From Oculina patagonica (lineage: Eukaryota): DNA of 64,000 nt. The stretch spans positions 41,044,001-41,108,000 of the forward strand of contig NC_135759.1 of the NCBI RefSeq assembly GCF_052425735.1, given 5' to 3'. The notes below the pieces were generated by a model. The model was not told where the DNA came from. It worked only from the letters and a program-made list of their open reading frames with translations, and did no database searches. Each line of letters begins with the position of its first letter. Position 1 is the stretch's first letter. Below, in pieces: positions 41,218-53,200 of this stretch. The position numbers and the translations under genes were made by a program.

Positions 41218-44200
41218 ATGGCTGAAGCCAGGGCGGCTGTAACCAGGCCCGATGTTCGTCTTCACGCCGAAGGAACAAGCACAACAGAAGGCGAAGTTGA
41301 ATTGCTAAAAAGTACCTTCAAATCCCTCAAGAGATGCGCTTTCAGAACTCGGTAAGTTGAAGCACGTGGGTCACAATACCGTTATTGTTTTATATTTATC
41401 ATCTAATGATAATTCCCACCGTTGCTTTATTGAAATTGAAGTTTCATCTCGTTCATGATCTACGATTTCTCTATTTCAAACGTCCAAAGGTTGACCGTTT
41501 TGAGTATTTGGTTATGGTAACGCAAGCTTTCAGCTCAGCTAGCTTTAGTTGTGTTTACATCATTTGCATTTTGGTTAATAAGCTTAAGCTCAAGTTTTCA
41601 AACAAAATTTACAGTTAAAAGTCGAACATAAAAATATCCTTCCATTTTCAACCCTGGGGCAACTGGTAAACTTAAATATGTAGTTACGTAAGTTTACCAA
41701 AATTATTTCCGGCATTTGTGTGTGTTTGAGTACGTACGTAAGCTTACTATAAACTTGAGGGTATAAAATAACCTTCACTGGAATTTCCTGTTTTCAGTTT
41801 CGTACCAGTACATTCAAGAATTAATGGTTATCACGGTAATTTGTTCGTGAAATGAGGTCGCTAGGAGTTGTGTAGGCAAAATCAAGAATACGCTGTCTGA
41901 CTGTGTTTAATATTCTATTTATGACGTATCGACAAGGAACCGGTCTTATGCGTCCTTTCTGCGGAAGACTTTGATTTTTTTCCGCTTTCACTTGTTTTAT
42001 CAGAAAGAGAAATCTTCCTATGTGCGCTCGATTAACATTAAGTCTTAAGTTTTATGCTTCTCATTGTTTTGGCTTACCGAAGCGTTTTATATCTGCATTT
42101 TCTATTTAATTTTTCGCGTGATTTGAGAGATTCCAAATTGGACTTTGAACCTCAAAATGTTGGTCTCCCGCTGTTTTTCGAGATCATAAATTTCTTTGTG
42201 AGCCCAGTTATGACAATTTGCGTTTTATTCCAAGTCAAAATAAAAATTTTGTTTTGCTTTATATTTTTTTATATTTTTTATATATATTTTTTTTAAATTT
42301 AAGGGTGTAAGACTGTACATGTTATTATGTCAAAATTAACATTCTAACCCATATTCAATGAAGACACATACATGTATAATGGAAATTTTTTTGTCAATGG
42401 TCCCGTTGCTGGTGGAAAAGTTCTACCCACAGATATTTTAACCTTCTTCAGAAGAAGGAAAAATTACTTGAAAAAAAACTGTGGTTGTTTGCCATACAGG
42501 TGTAATTTACCAAAAATTTTGGGAAGATTCTGGTTAGATGTACAAAAATAATGGAACACAACTTTTTGGTTCATATCACTGGGAAATTTCTAGGAGGAGC
42601 AGAACTTTTGAACCCAGGGGGGTACTCAAAGAATACATGACGGATGTGAGGGGTCTGACATTTTTTGGGGGCGTTGAAAATTTACACGCTCAGTATTTTT
42701 TTTGGGTCAAGGGATCTGTCACATATTTTGTTGGTCTCAAAAAAATGTACGCCTATTTTAATGGGTCTTATCTCCTAGCGAACATTTCGGGTTTTCATTG
42801 CCATCAGTGGCTCAGAAAAATATTCATTCGAACTTTTTTTCAGCGACATGAATTTTTTTGGGTTGGAGATTTTGATACTAGGTATTTTTTTGGGTCTAAA
42901 ATTTCAGGCTTGTGTATTTTTTTGGGTTTGCAATATGAATTCTGTTTTTGGAAGTATTTTTATGTTTCAATCCTTTCTGCTCTATTTTGTTTTTCAGCCG
43001 ACAGATCACTAATGGATTATGGCCAACAACGTGGTCCAACTTGTTGAGTGCTGTGGTGGTTATTGCTGCTCTGCTCTATGCAACAGATTTCTATAAGCTA
43101 TCTTCCCTTCGGCCAGTTGCAGCGGCCTTATGGAAAGTGACATATCTGCTTAATTTAGATGAAGCCTATCCTTATAACTTCAGGCTTATTGTTGTATCAG
43201 TTCTGGTGGGAGTGGTGTTCTTTATTATTCTTCTCTATCTGCGGCAGTATCTCTTGAGGATGCTTTTAGCCTACAGGCAGTGGATGTGTAAGTGTGATAA
43301 TACCCATTCTTTAATACATACAGTAATTTGTGTACTTAGCTCTTGAAGGTTTTCTTGAACGTTTTAAGCCCAGGCCAAACAAGGACGAAAGTTAATGATG
43401 AGAGTTTCAACTCTCACTCTCGTTTGGCATGGTACTCTCATGCACTCTCGTGCGCTCTCATGCGCTCTCATCGACTTTGAACATGTTCAAATTTTTCATG
43501 AGAGTCAATGAGAGTTTTCTCTCGTTTGGCCCAAGTTGATGATAGTCGATGAGAGTTGACGTGAACTCTCACGAGAGTCAACTCTCGTCAACGCTCATCC
43601 TTGCTTGGCCCGGGCTTTAAAACCCCCACAAGTAAAATGTCCTGGAATATTGGAAACCAAACATAAGCACCACCTGAAAGTGCACTTTTATTGTCCAATA
43701 GTTTTCATTTGAATGTCTACTCAAAGTCATATATATGTTGTGGTTCAATTTTATCCTTGGTTCAAATTTTATTTTCTTTGTTTTAAACTCATTATCATAC
43801 ATTACCATACCAAAAACAAAGGAAAATAAAATTTGAACCAAGGATTAAATAATATTATTAAATAAATAATATTATTGAACCACAACGTATACAAAGACAT
43901 ACAGTACCGCTAAAAGTAAGTTACCACCTCTCGTCTCGTTTCTCGCGAGATGAGATTCTAGTCTCGCGAGAATCAACGAAGTGGAAATGTCTGGAATAAA
44001 TTACGGCAATTATCTTACGAGAAAACGATTAATCTCTCGCGAGAGTTTTCGCCGTTTTGACAACTAAAGTTCGAAGTTTTTGCCTGATTGGAAAGAGTGC
44101 TGATTTGTTGGCAACGATCAGTTTGTCTTTTTTCACTCGTAAGAAAAGTTCCATTTGAGATGAATGTGTGTGCTAGCGAACTCGAGAGAGCTTTTCAATC

Positions 44201-47200
44201 GAAAGTTGTCGCTTTGCTGGTCTTTATTCTTTCTATCACGAATGCAAAAGGTGAATTAAAGCAACACAAAAATCAAGAATCAAAAGCAAAGCACTTGCGT
44301 TACACTGCAACATCTTCACGGGTTTGCATTAAATGTTGCGTGCGTGCTAGCGCGAGAAGCGGTTGAATCGAAACTTGTCGCGTCGCAAAAGAATTTTTCT
44401 TATCAAAAACATAAACATAAGTCATAGTTCAAGTGATGATCACCGTTTGATTCAAAATAGTGCTCTACATAAGTCATACATATTTTATATCCTTGAGTTG
44501 TATTTTATAGCCTCCACTTCTGTCAATACAGATTTAACTCATTTTCATAATGATTATTATAATACAGATGAGCCCCCAAGATCACAGAGCAAACTAACAT
44601 TGCTGTGGGGTCTAATGGTAAAGCTTTGTGCTGGTCATCACCCAAAACTCTTCAGTTATCAAAACTCTCTTCCAAGAATGCCTGTGCCAAATTTGAGTGA
44701 CACTTGTAAAGCTCTTTTACGGTCCGTGAAACCAATCTTGGAAGACGATGAGTACAAAAAGATGGAAGCACTTTCCAAGGTTGGTTTGCGTATTTTTAAT
44801 CAACACACTGTAGTTGTAACTTATTTAATTAAGGCTAGTAAAAAATTAAACTATCGCCAGGGTGGTTGGTTATTGAACAATCTGTTATAAATTCCTTTCT
44901 TTGGCTCGGGTACGATTTGAACCCACAACCTTTGTGTTACATGTCCTCTGCTTTTATATGCATATTTTTTAGTATCAGGATTCACACTTGCGTGTAGCAA
45001 TTATATAGATATTATTACATGTAATTTTGTTCCTTGTGTGCAAATACCTATTATAGCTCAGATGGTAGAGCAGTGGACTTGTAAATTCAAGGATGATGGT
45101 TCTTATCCTACCTGAGCCACTGAATCATCTTTTCATTTACAGCAACCCTCCAAGTTAAGACCATTTAAAGTCCCCATGGCAACTAAAATTTTGGAGCTGG
45201 CAACTAAATTGGAATCGAAGTCGCCAGCCTGGCGACTAAAATTGAGAAGAAGAATTGAAAGCATGAGCTTAATTTAGCGACTTAAATTTTTCAATGGCTA
45301 CCAAACTTGAGCAGTCAGTCGCCAAATGGCCACAAAGGAAAAAAATAAACTTGGATGGTTGTACAGTTTTAAAATTATCATTTATTTGATTTGCCTGAGG
45401 ATGGTTCTAATGTAGAATGAAAACACTGTCTAGTTGACATGAAACAATAGTTGTGGATTCAACATCTCTATTTATCATTATAGCTAGTGTGCAGAAAATC
45501 TTGATTTTACCTTTTTTTACTTTAGGATTTTGAAAAGAACCTAGGTCCTAAACTCCAATTCATCCTAAAACTGAAGTCATGGTGGGCCCCAAATTATCAC
45601 ACAGATTGGTGGGAAAAATATGTGTATTGCATGGGCCGCTCACCACTACCTATCAACAGCAACTACTACTGTCTAGACCAGAGCTGGCACCCTACATATG
45701 ACCAAGCATCAAGGTGTGAACTGATTTCTAACTAGTTCCCTTATTTTATTTCCAAATTGGCTTATTGGAATTTTGTTGTTCAGTCTGAGATGTCAATTGT
45801 GTCAATTGGTGAATATATCTGGTGCATCCTTCTTTTTTTTTTTTTTACTAACACAGAGCTGCAACCATGTGCTACTTCTTTCTGAAGTACTATCAGGAGA
45901 TTGAAACAGAGGACCTGGAACCTTTGTTAATCAGGAAAACCATTCCTATCTGTATGTGGCAGTATGAAAGGACATTTAAAACAACCAGGTATATAAAGTC
46001 TTAACACCTTGAAATGATGTGCACCTGTGTGATTGGTGTTCTATAGTCCTAATGTGCTTCTTACAGGAACTCGTTGAATTTGCTGAGGTCCATCGACTAC
46101 TACAGTCATAGAACTGATGATTCTTGTTTAATGATTTGTCGCAATTTCATTTTTAGTGCTGTCACTTCTTTTTGGGTCATGCCGCCTGTTGAAATTTACC
46201 CTTGCAGGGCCTCAGTCCATGTGCTGAAAGCCAGTGAAATGCAACAGCACTCTGTGCATTATTAATGTTCTCTTGCATTTTGTGAACCTTCCAAACAACT
46301 TGATATTGCGGACGGACGGTCAACCAGTGGTCATCTTCAAAATAATATTGTTATACAACTGGGAGTGGAAATAACTGAAAAAGTGAATATTGATAAATTA
46401 CATTATCACATCAAGCTAACAATTCAAACATGTACATGTTATAGTGTATTTCAATGTGTTCAGTCAAGCGATTGATTTTAATTAGAATCTCGTCTTACAG
46501 GAGGGTAGTAACTTACTTTTGAGCAGTACTGTAATCAGGTTCATTTTAAGGATCATTTTTATTTACAATATACACCCTGCGTTTTGATTATAACTGTTTT
46601 GTTTCTTTTCAGAATTCCAAAAGAGGATGTGGATGAAATTGTTCATTTTGAACACCAAGAACATGAGGTTTGTAATGTTGGATCATTCAAAATTTAAATC
46701 AATCCAACTGCTCATTGTGCCTGACTTACCCTTGTTATTTTCCCATAAGCATGACAGAGTTACAAATGCTGTGACCTGGGGTCAATTCAATAAAACATTT
46801 TACAAGTGTAATTTACAAGTGTAGCTATTGTTTTAAAGGTTGAGAACAATAGCTACACTTGTAAATTACACTTGTAAATGTTTTATTGAATTGACCCAGT
46901 GTAAGTTAGAGTAATTAATAAGGCTTTTTCAAGGGGTGGGGCCATTGGCCCCACATCCAACCTCCAATGTGAATGGGGCGGGGAGTGTTTATCTGTTAGG
47001 CCACTCTTCTCCTTTGACCCATCCTACATGGTTGAATCTACAAGCGGCTATGGTCCCAGCCAGCTTAGCTTTTAAGACCATTAAGACATGTTTAAGCTAA
47101 ACCACCATGACAAGGTGACATGCTCAGGGTGAAAAAGATAGTACTTACAGAATCCATTGATATCTGAAAAAGTTTGGCTCCTTCCACAATCCCATGGGCT

Positions 47201-50200
47201 AAATCTTCATGGTTTAATAGACCGGTATTGTTCTCCAGTTTTGTGGTGTGAAGTGACTAGGAGTATTGCTACTTCCCATTGATGGGATGCTGATCCATTG
47301 CATGTTACCCCCAGTATTGCTACTTCCCATTGATGGGATGCTGATCCATTGCATGTTACCCCAAGTATTGCTACTTCCCATTGATGGGATGCTGATCCAT
47401 TGCATGTTACCCCAAGTATTGCTACTTCCCATTGATGGGATGCTGATCCATTGCATGTTACCCCAAGTATTGCTACTTCCCATTGATGGGATGCTGATCC
47501 ATTGCATGTTACCCCCAGTATTGCTACTTCCCATTGATGGGATGCTGATCCATTGCATGTTACCCCAAGTATTGCTACTTCCCATTGATGGGATGCTGAT
47601 CCATTGCATGTTACTCCCAGTATTGCTACTTCCCATTGATGGGATGCTGATCCATTGCATGTTACCCCAAGTATTGCTACTTCCCATTGATGGGATGATG
47701 ATCCATTGCATGTTACCCCCAGTATTGCTACTTCCCATTGATCCATTGCATGTTACCCCCAGTATTGCTACTTCCCATTGATGGGATGCTGATCCATTGC
47801 ATGTTACCCCCAGTATTATTTCAGGTTGCCCTATATATATGGGTGGCATGATGGCCTAACTGTTAGTGTGCTGGACTCTGGATCGAGCAGTCCGGGTTTG
47901 AGCCCTGGCTGGAGCACTGCGTTGTGTTCTTGGGCAAGACGCTTTACTCTCACAGTACCCCTCTCCACCCAGTTGTATGGATGGGTACCAGCGAATTTAC
48001 TGCTTGGGGGTAACCCTGCAATGGACTAGCCTCCCATCCAAAATACTCCTACAGGCGTAGTTGCCTCGTAATATGGAAACCGGGATAAGCTTTGGCCTAA
48101 TGGGCCACTAGGCTCATATGCAGACCTTATATATATCCTGCCCTGCACGCTATTAATGTCTCTTGGGTATTAATGTCTCTTGGGTACCTGCAATGCAGAC
48201 TACCCTAACATTTCACCAGCACCATTAGGGTGTAAAGAGGCACTGAGAAAGTGAAGTTACTCAAGAACTTAATTGACCCCCTGATTCAGGGCTTTAACCC
48301 TGATCTCACAATCCAGAGTCTAGGGCAGGCTTTTAGCCTGGTGGGAGTCCAGGAGTCCTATGGACGGCCACTTTTCAGAGAAAATTAATATGAATAACTG
48401 TATACAGAGGTGTTTTTAGCAAATCTGGACATCTTTAGATACCTTTGCACTCATAACTGCCGAAAAACACCTTGCATGCTCCTCAGGCCCTCCTATGGGG
48501 ACAAAGTCAGGCCTTTGGACTCCCACTTTTTTAATCCTGGCTAAAAGCCTGGTCTAGGGGCCTAACCAATTAGGCTACCGCAACTCTCACACCAACATAC
48601 ATGTAGGTCAAGTAAACTATTGTTACAGTTCATGCTTTTCTGGGTAAAGAACTTACAAACATTTTATTTTTCAATTTGGTAGCACATAGCTGTGTTTTGT
48701 GGAGGTAATTTCTACATGTTACCTGTCACAAACAGCAGAGGTAAATTCATATCAGTGCTGGATTTGGAGAGTCAGTTTGAGTGGATTATAGCAGATGCAA
48801 AACATTCTGATGGTGAGAAAATTAATGTCTTCAGTGTGAATATTGAACTAATGTGCTGTGTAATAGTTTATAGTTGTAAACTTACATGTAAATAAACTGG
48901 TTCACCAACTCTAGCACTCGTTTAACCTGTGAGTCAATCTAATTGAAAAAAATTAATATTTCAAGCAAAGAAAATAAAAAATAGTTGTTGTTGTTTTCCA
49001 GTTGTATATAATTTCCCACCCTATTTTGTTTCAGTTAGTTTTGTTACTCTGTTGCATTTTCCAACAATTTTGTAACTCTGTTGCATTTTTCAAAATGTAG
49101 TCACTAAAGACCAGCCTGATGGCAGTGTACCAGCTCTTACAGCATTGCCTAGAACAGAATGGGCTACAATCAGAAAGGAGTACTTTTCAGAAAGTCTTAA
49201 TCAACAGACTCTGGAGGCCATAGAGGAGGCCATGTTTGTGGTAAGACAAGTGAGAGTGCATACTAAGTTAATTTCCCCTGCTCTTTGGAACTTGATACAC
49301 TGTACATGTACCTTCTGCTTGAAGTTTGTTAGTTGCGTGTTATAGAGTTTTAAAGACATGTCTGGTAGATGTTGTATATAAATAATTATACTGCTTTCCT
49401 AAAAGTATTGCAGGGCTCGAAAAAATTTTTGAAGTCTTTCTAGCCATGGGCTAGCTGGTATTGCTACTTTACTAGCCCAAAGCTTGAGAGCTCTAGCCCA
49501 GTACACATTTGTTATGTGAGCCAGTCTTATGCTTAAGTACACACATACACACACAGTCACAAAAAAAAACTCTTCAACGGATCAACGCGAAAATGTGATG
49601 TTCCACTAAATAAAGGGCTGGATTTGTCCGTTAAAGATGAATATTTGCTACAAGTTTGGCAAAACATTATACTCTTCGTCATACACCACTCACGGCCATT
49701 TTGTTTTCCACTGTGGAAGAAACAACCGATTTCGCTGCGTATCATACTTCTTGTTTTTGGTCTGAACTTCATCTGCAGCAGCTGGCCGATCGGCACTATG
49801 CTTACGCTGATCTTGAGCAACACCATCTCCTTTTTTTTCCTGTGTGTAGCCAAAGTTCAAAAGGCTCATTGAAAGAAACAAAGGGAAATACAATCGTAGC
49901 ATCCCACATGCTATGTACTTCTTTGGACATGTCCAAGGGACCCAAGGACCAATTAAAGTGATTCCCAGACTTCTCCCGTCCACATAGAATGCCTTGTGAA
50001 TATTCTCTTAATATCTCATACTCACCATCTTTTGAACACGCTTTTGACTCCTTCGTGGTATATGTAGTAATAGATAACAACACTACCTACTTTTCATGTA
50101 ATCAATTTCATAAGAAACATCTTTTCTAAATATTTTAATGCAGATCTTGCCAGTCAATTTAACAAATGGGCTTTTAAGTGGCTTGCTAGCCCACTGGGCT

Positions 50201-53200
50201 AGCAAAGGACTTTATTCACTAGTCAAACGAAAATTTTCGGAAGCCCGGGGAGTCCAGCTAGCGGATTTTTCGAGCCCTGTATTGGCTGCTTAACTTTCAG
50301 AAAAATCTTTGTCTGTAGTTAACATGTCGAAAATGTTTGGTTGGTGAGTCATGTAGTCCTCTTCATCTGACAAATTTGTTGTTTTGACCTTGCAGGTGAT
50401 TCTGGAAGAAAAGTCATTCACCGAGTTAAGTGACCGTGCCAAGTATCTCCTTCATGGTGATGGCCGAAGTTTCTGGTTTGACAAAAGCTTCTGTTTCATG
50501 GTGTTTTCAGATGGTAAATGTGGCATCAATGCTGAGCATGCTTGGGCTGATGCACCTGTTATTGGGCACATGTTTGAGTATGCCCTTACTTATGAGTAAG
50601 TTTGAAAGACGTTTACCGTTGCTTGCATCCAAGCGTAAACATGTGATGACACATGATCTAATTGGGTATGAAACGTGGCATGATTAGTCACAAAAAGTTC
50701 AACACATGCCAGCTTCGAAATGGTGGAAAGATTAGATATAGGAGACTTCTTCAGAGAAATTGATCCTGATCTATGTCAAATGCATATGCCTTTCCAGAAA
50801 GTGGCCCTCCAGGTTGAATGTTTTGCTTGGATTCGTTTGTAGTGAACATTTTGACTGCGAAAGTTTGTGTTATGGTCTGCTAAACTTCAGATGTTTGACG
50901 ATCTATCATGCCATGTTTAATACCCAATTAGATTGTGTTTCGGCATGACATGTTCACACTTAGATGCAAGCAACGGCAACTGTTTGTCAATGTTTTAGAG
51001 CAGGGTTGTCACTATTTTTTGAAAAATTAATGTAAATTTAAAACTTCTTATGTATGGGTCTGCTAAGATACTGTTAAAGTATAATACCTTTATTTTCAAA
51101 GGCCTTTTGAAAGGGGAACGGGGGTGGTGTCATGGAGAGATGCTAAATGTAACTTGAATTATAATCATGGTATAGCTAACAAATGAAAAATCCTCAATGT
51201 ACTTTTGTACAGGACTGGCTCCAAGGGAAAACAATGAGTTTTTCCTTTTGATGCTAATTATTAAGAGTTTTTTTTATACCCTACAATGTCAAAGACAAAC
51301 TTCTGTTCAATATATATAATTAACTCTCCTCTGCATATTTTGAAAATTGAAGACCAACTTTCAATATTCAACATGAGGATGAGCTTTGACATTGATAACT
51401 GCGCTTTTTTATCAACATTGTCATTGCTGTCACTTTTATGATTGCTAAAGCTCCTATTTGCTGTAGTCTTGATGTGTATGATGTAGAGGTGCATTGTAAA
51501 TCCAGTGCCAGACCAAAGTTTAAGGTGTTGCTGCTCTTGGGAGCTATAACATTTTGAAGAGTTGTATGCATACATGTGTGTATTTTCATTCAGTCAGTTG
51601 TACATGTAGGGGGTTAATAAAACAAACTTCATCTTGTTGATGGGAAATAAATAAATAAATAAATATTTTTATTGGAGAAGGGAATGAGTGATATTTAATG
51701 TTTATTGTCTGGTCCTTTAGATATGTTTACAGAACATACAATGATAAGGGTAAATGTACCCCCATTGGTGGAGCTCACAAGAGTGCCAGCTTGAGGACCC
51801 ATAACCTTCAGAAGCCCTCCAGACTGTACTGGGATATGACTCCTAAACTAGCAGAGATTGTTGAAAATGCTGTCAAGTTTGCACAAAAGGTAAATGGCTT
51901 TATAGTTTTACTATTGTCATTGTATGGTAATGCCAAGTTCCAATGTAGTAGCCTTTTCCTTTCAGAGATTCGCTACTTCTGGGTAGTTATTTAACTTCTA
52001 CCATAATTTATGTCGATGAAACCAGTTAATAAAATAAAAATCTTTGAACAAATGTGTTGTTCCATAAATTATCCATACCTTCCCCACAGAAGGGTTTTTT
52101 CCTAAGACCCTCACCCCCTCTGGAAATTCCATTTAAGCTTCATACATTTCCTTAAAATTTTTGGCCTTTGAGACCCCTTCCACCCCAGGGAATTTCCAAT
52201 CCCTTCTGTGGGGGGAGTATGGACATTTTCTGGAACCACACAATGCTTGTGTAAGCAATCAGTTTGGTTATACTTTACATGTATAGAGACACAACTTACA
52301 GAAAAAAAAATACATCAGAGTATAGCAATTTATCCAAAAACAAACACCAGAACCATTTGGTACATACCAAGTTTGTTATTTGATATTTCCTTATAAATGC
52401 AAGTCAGCTGTCAAGTTGCATTTGAGGTCGCTGCTTTGGATTGTTGTTACTTTTGGAGGGTGGTCTCTTTCAAAATTATTTTGCTAAAAGCAGTGAACTT
52501 TCATTGCTTATTTCAGGGGGGGGGGGAGAGGGGAGGGTCATTTCTTTCAAACCTTTGTGGTGTATTAATTATCAACAAGATAGCTTTAGGCTTCAGATGC
52601 CTTTGTCATACCTACACAACATTGTTTGACTCATTAGACCCTCCTGTCTCCTACTCTCAAAGCAGGCAAAACACGCATGTACACAGCTTTCCATATATAT
52701 TTTGCAATTGATTTAACTTACTTGTCTGGCTTTGCACATTGAGTAAAAACTTAAAAATGTTTAATTTGTATGCTAGAATAATGACGACATTCAACATAAA
52801 GTAATAGTTCATGATGCATTTGGAAAAGGATTCATCAAAACTATGAAGGTTAGTTTTTTTTATTAATGGCCTTAGATGCTAACCAAAGACAAACTTAATT
52901 CTTGTAGTGCTCTTCTGTATGGGTTATGGAATGAACTACGAAAATGATACATTTAAGCAAATGTTAACCTAGATTGTGAGCACTCAGCAGTCTCTTGTTT
53001 GCCCTAAAATCTGTGGGAGGAAGGTGAAAATAGGGAGCACAATCAAGCACGATATTTGGGTGGCGAGTGCCGAAGCCAAGCGCAACGAGTTGCACAGGCA
53101 CCGGTACAAGCGAATGTCACGCTTGCCTGTGTTCACTATTTTGCATTTGTTCTATGTATTTTAGAGCAAAAGAGAGAGACTGCCTGCAGTCTAATGTTAA

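Noticed and set aside
42538-43047. 169-aa ORF
   Set aside because: Mostly an intronic repeat and out of frame with CPT1 exon 2.
45048-45120. Functional tRNA-Thr or tRNA-Tyr gene
   Set aside because: Acceptor and T stems do not pair and the B-box is degenerate.
47207-47849. Three long repetitive ORFs (179, 211, 171 aa)
   Set aside because: Artefact of a stop-free 51-bp unit (a multiple of 3) inside a CPT1 intron.
49690-49692. In-frame TGA as selenocysteine or readthrough
   Set aside because: It replaces an expected Trp in a decayed transposase fragment that is also frameshifted.
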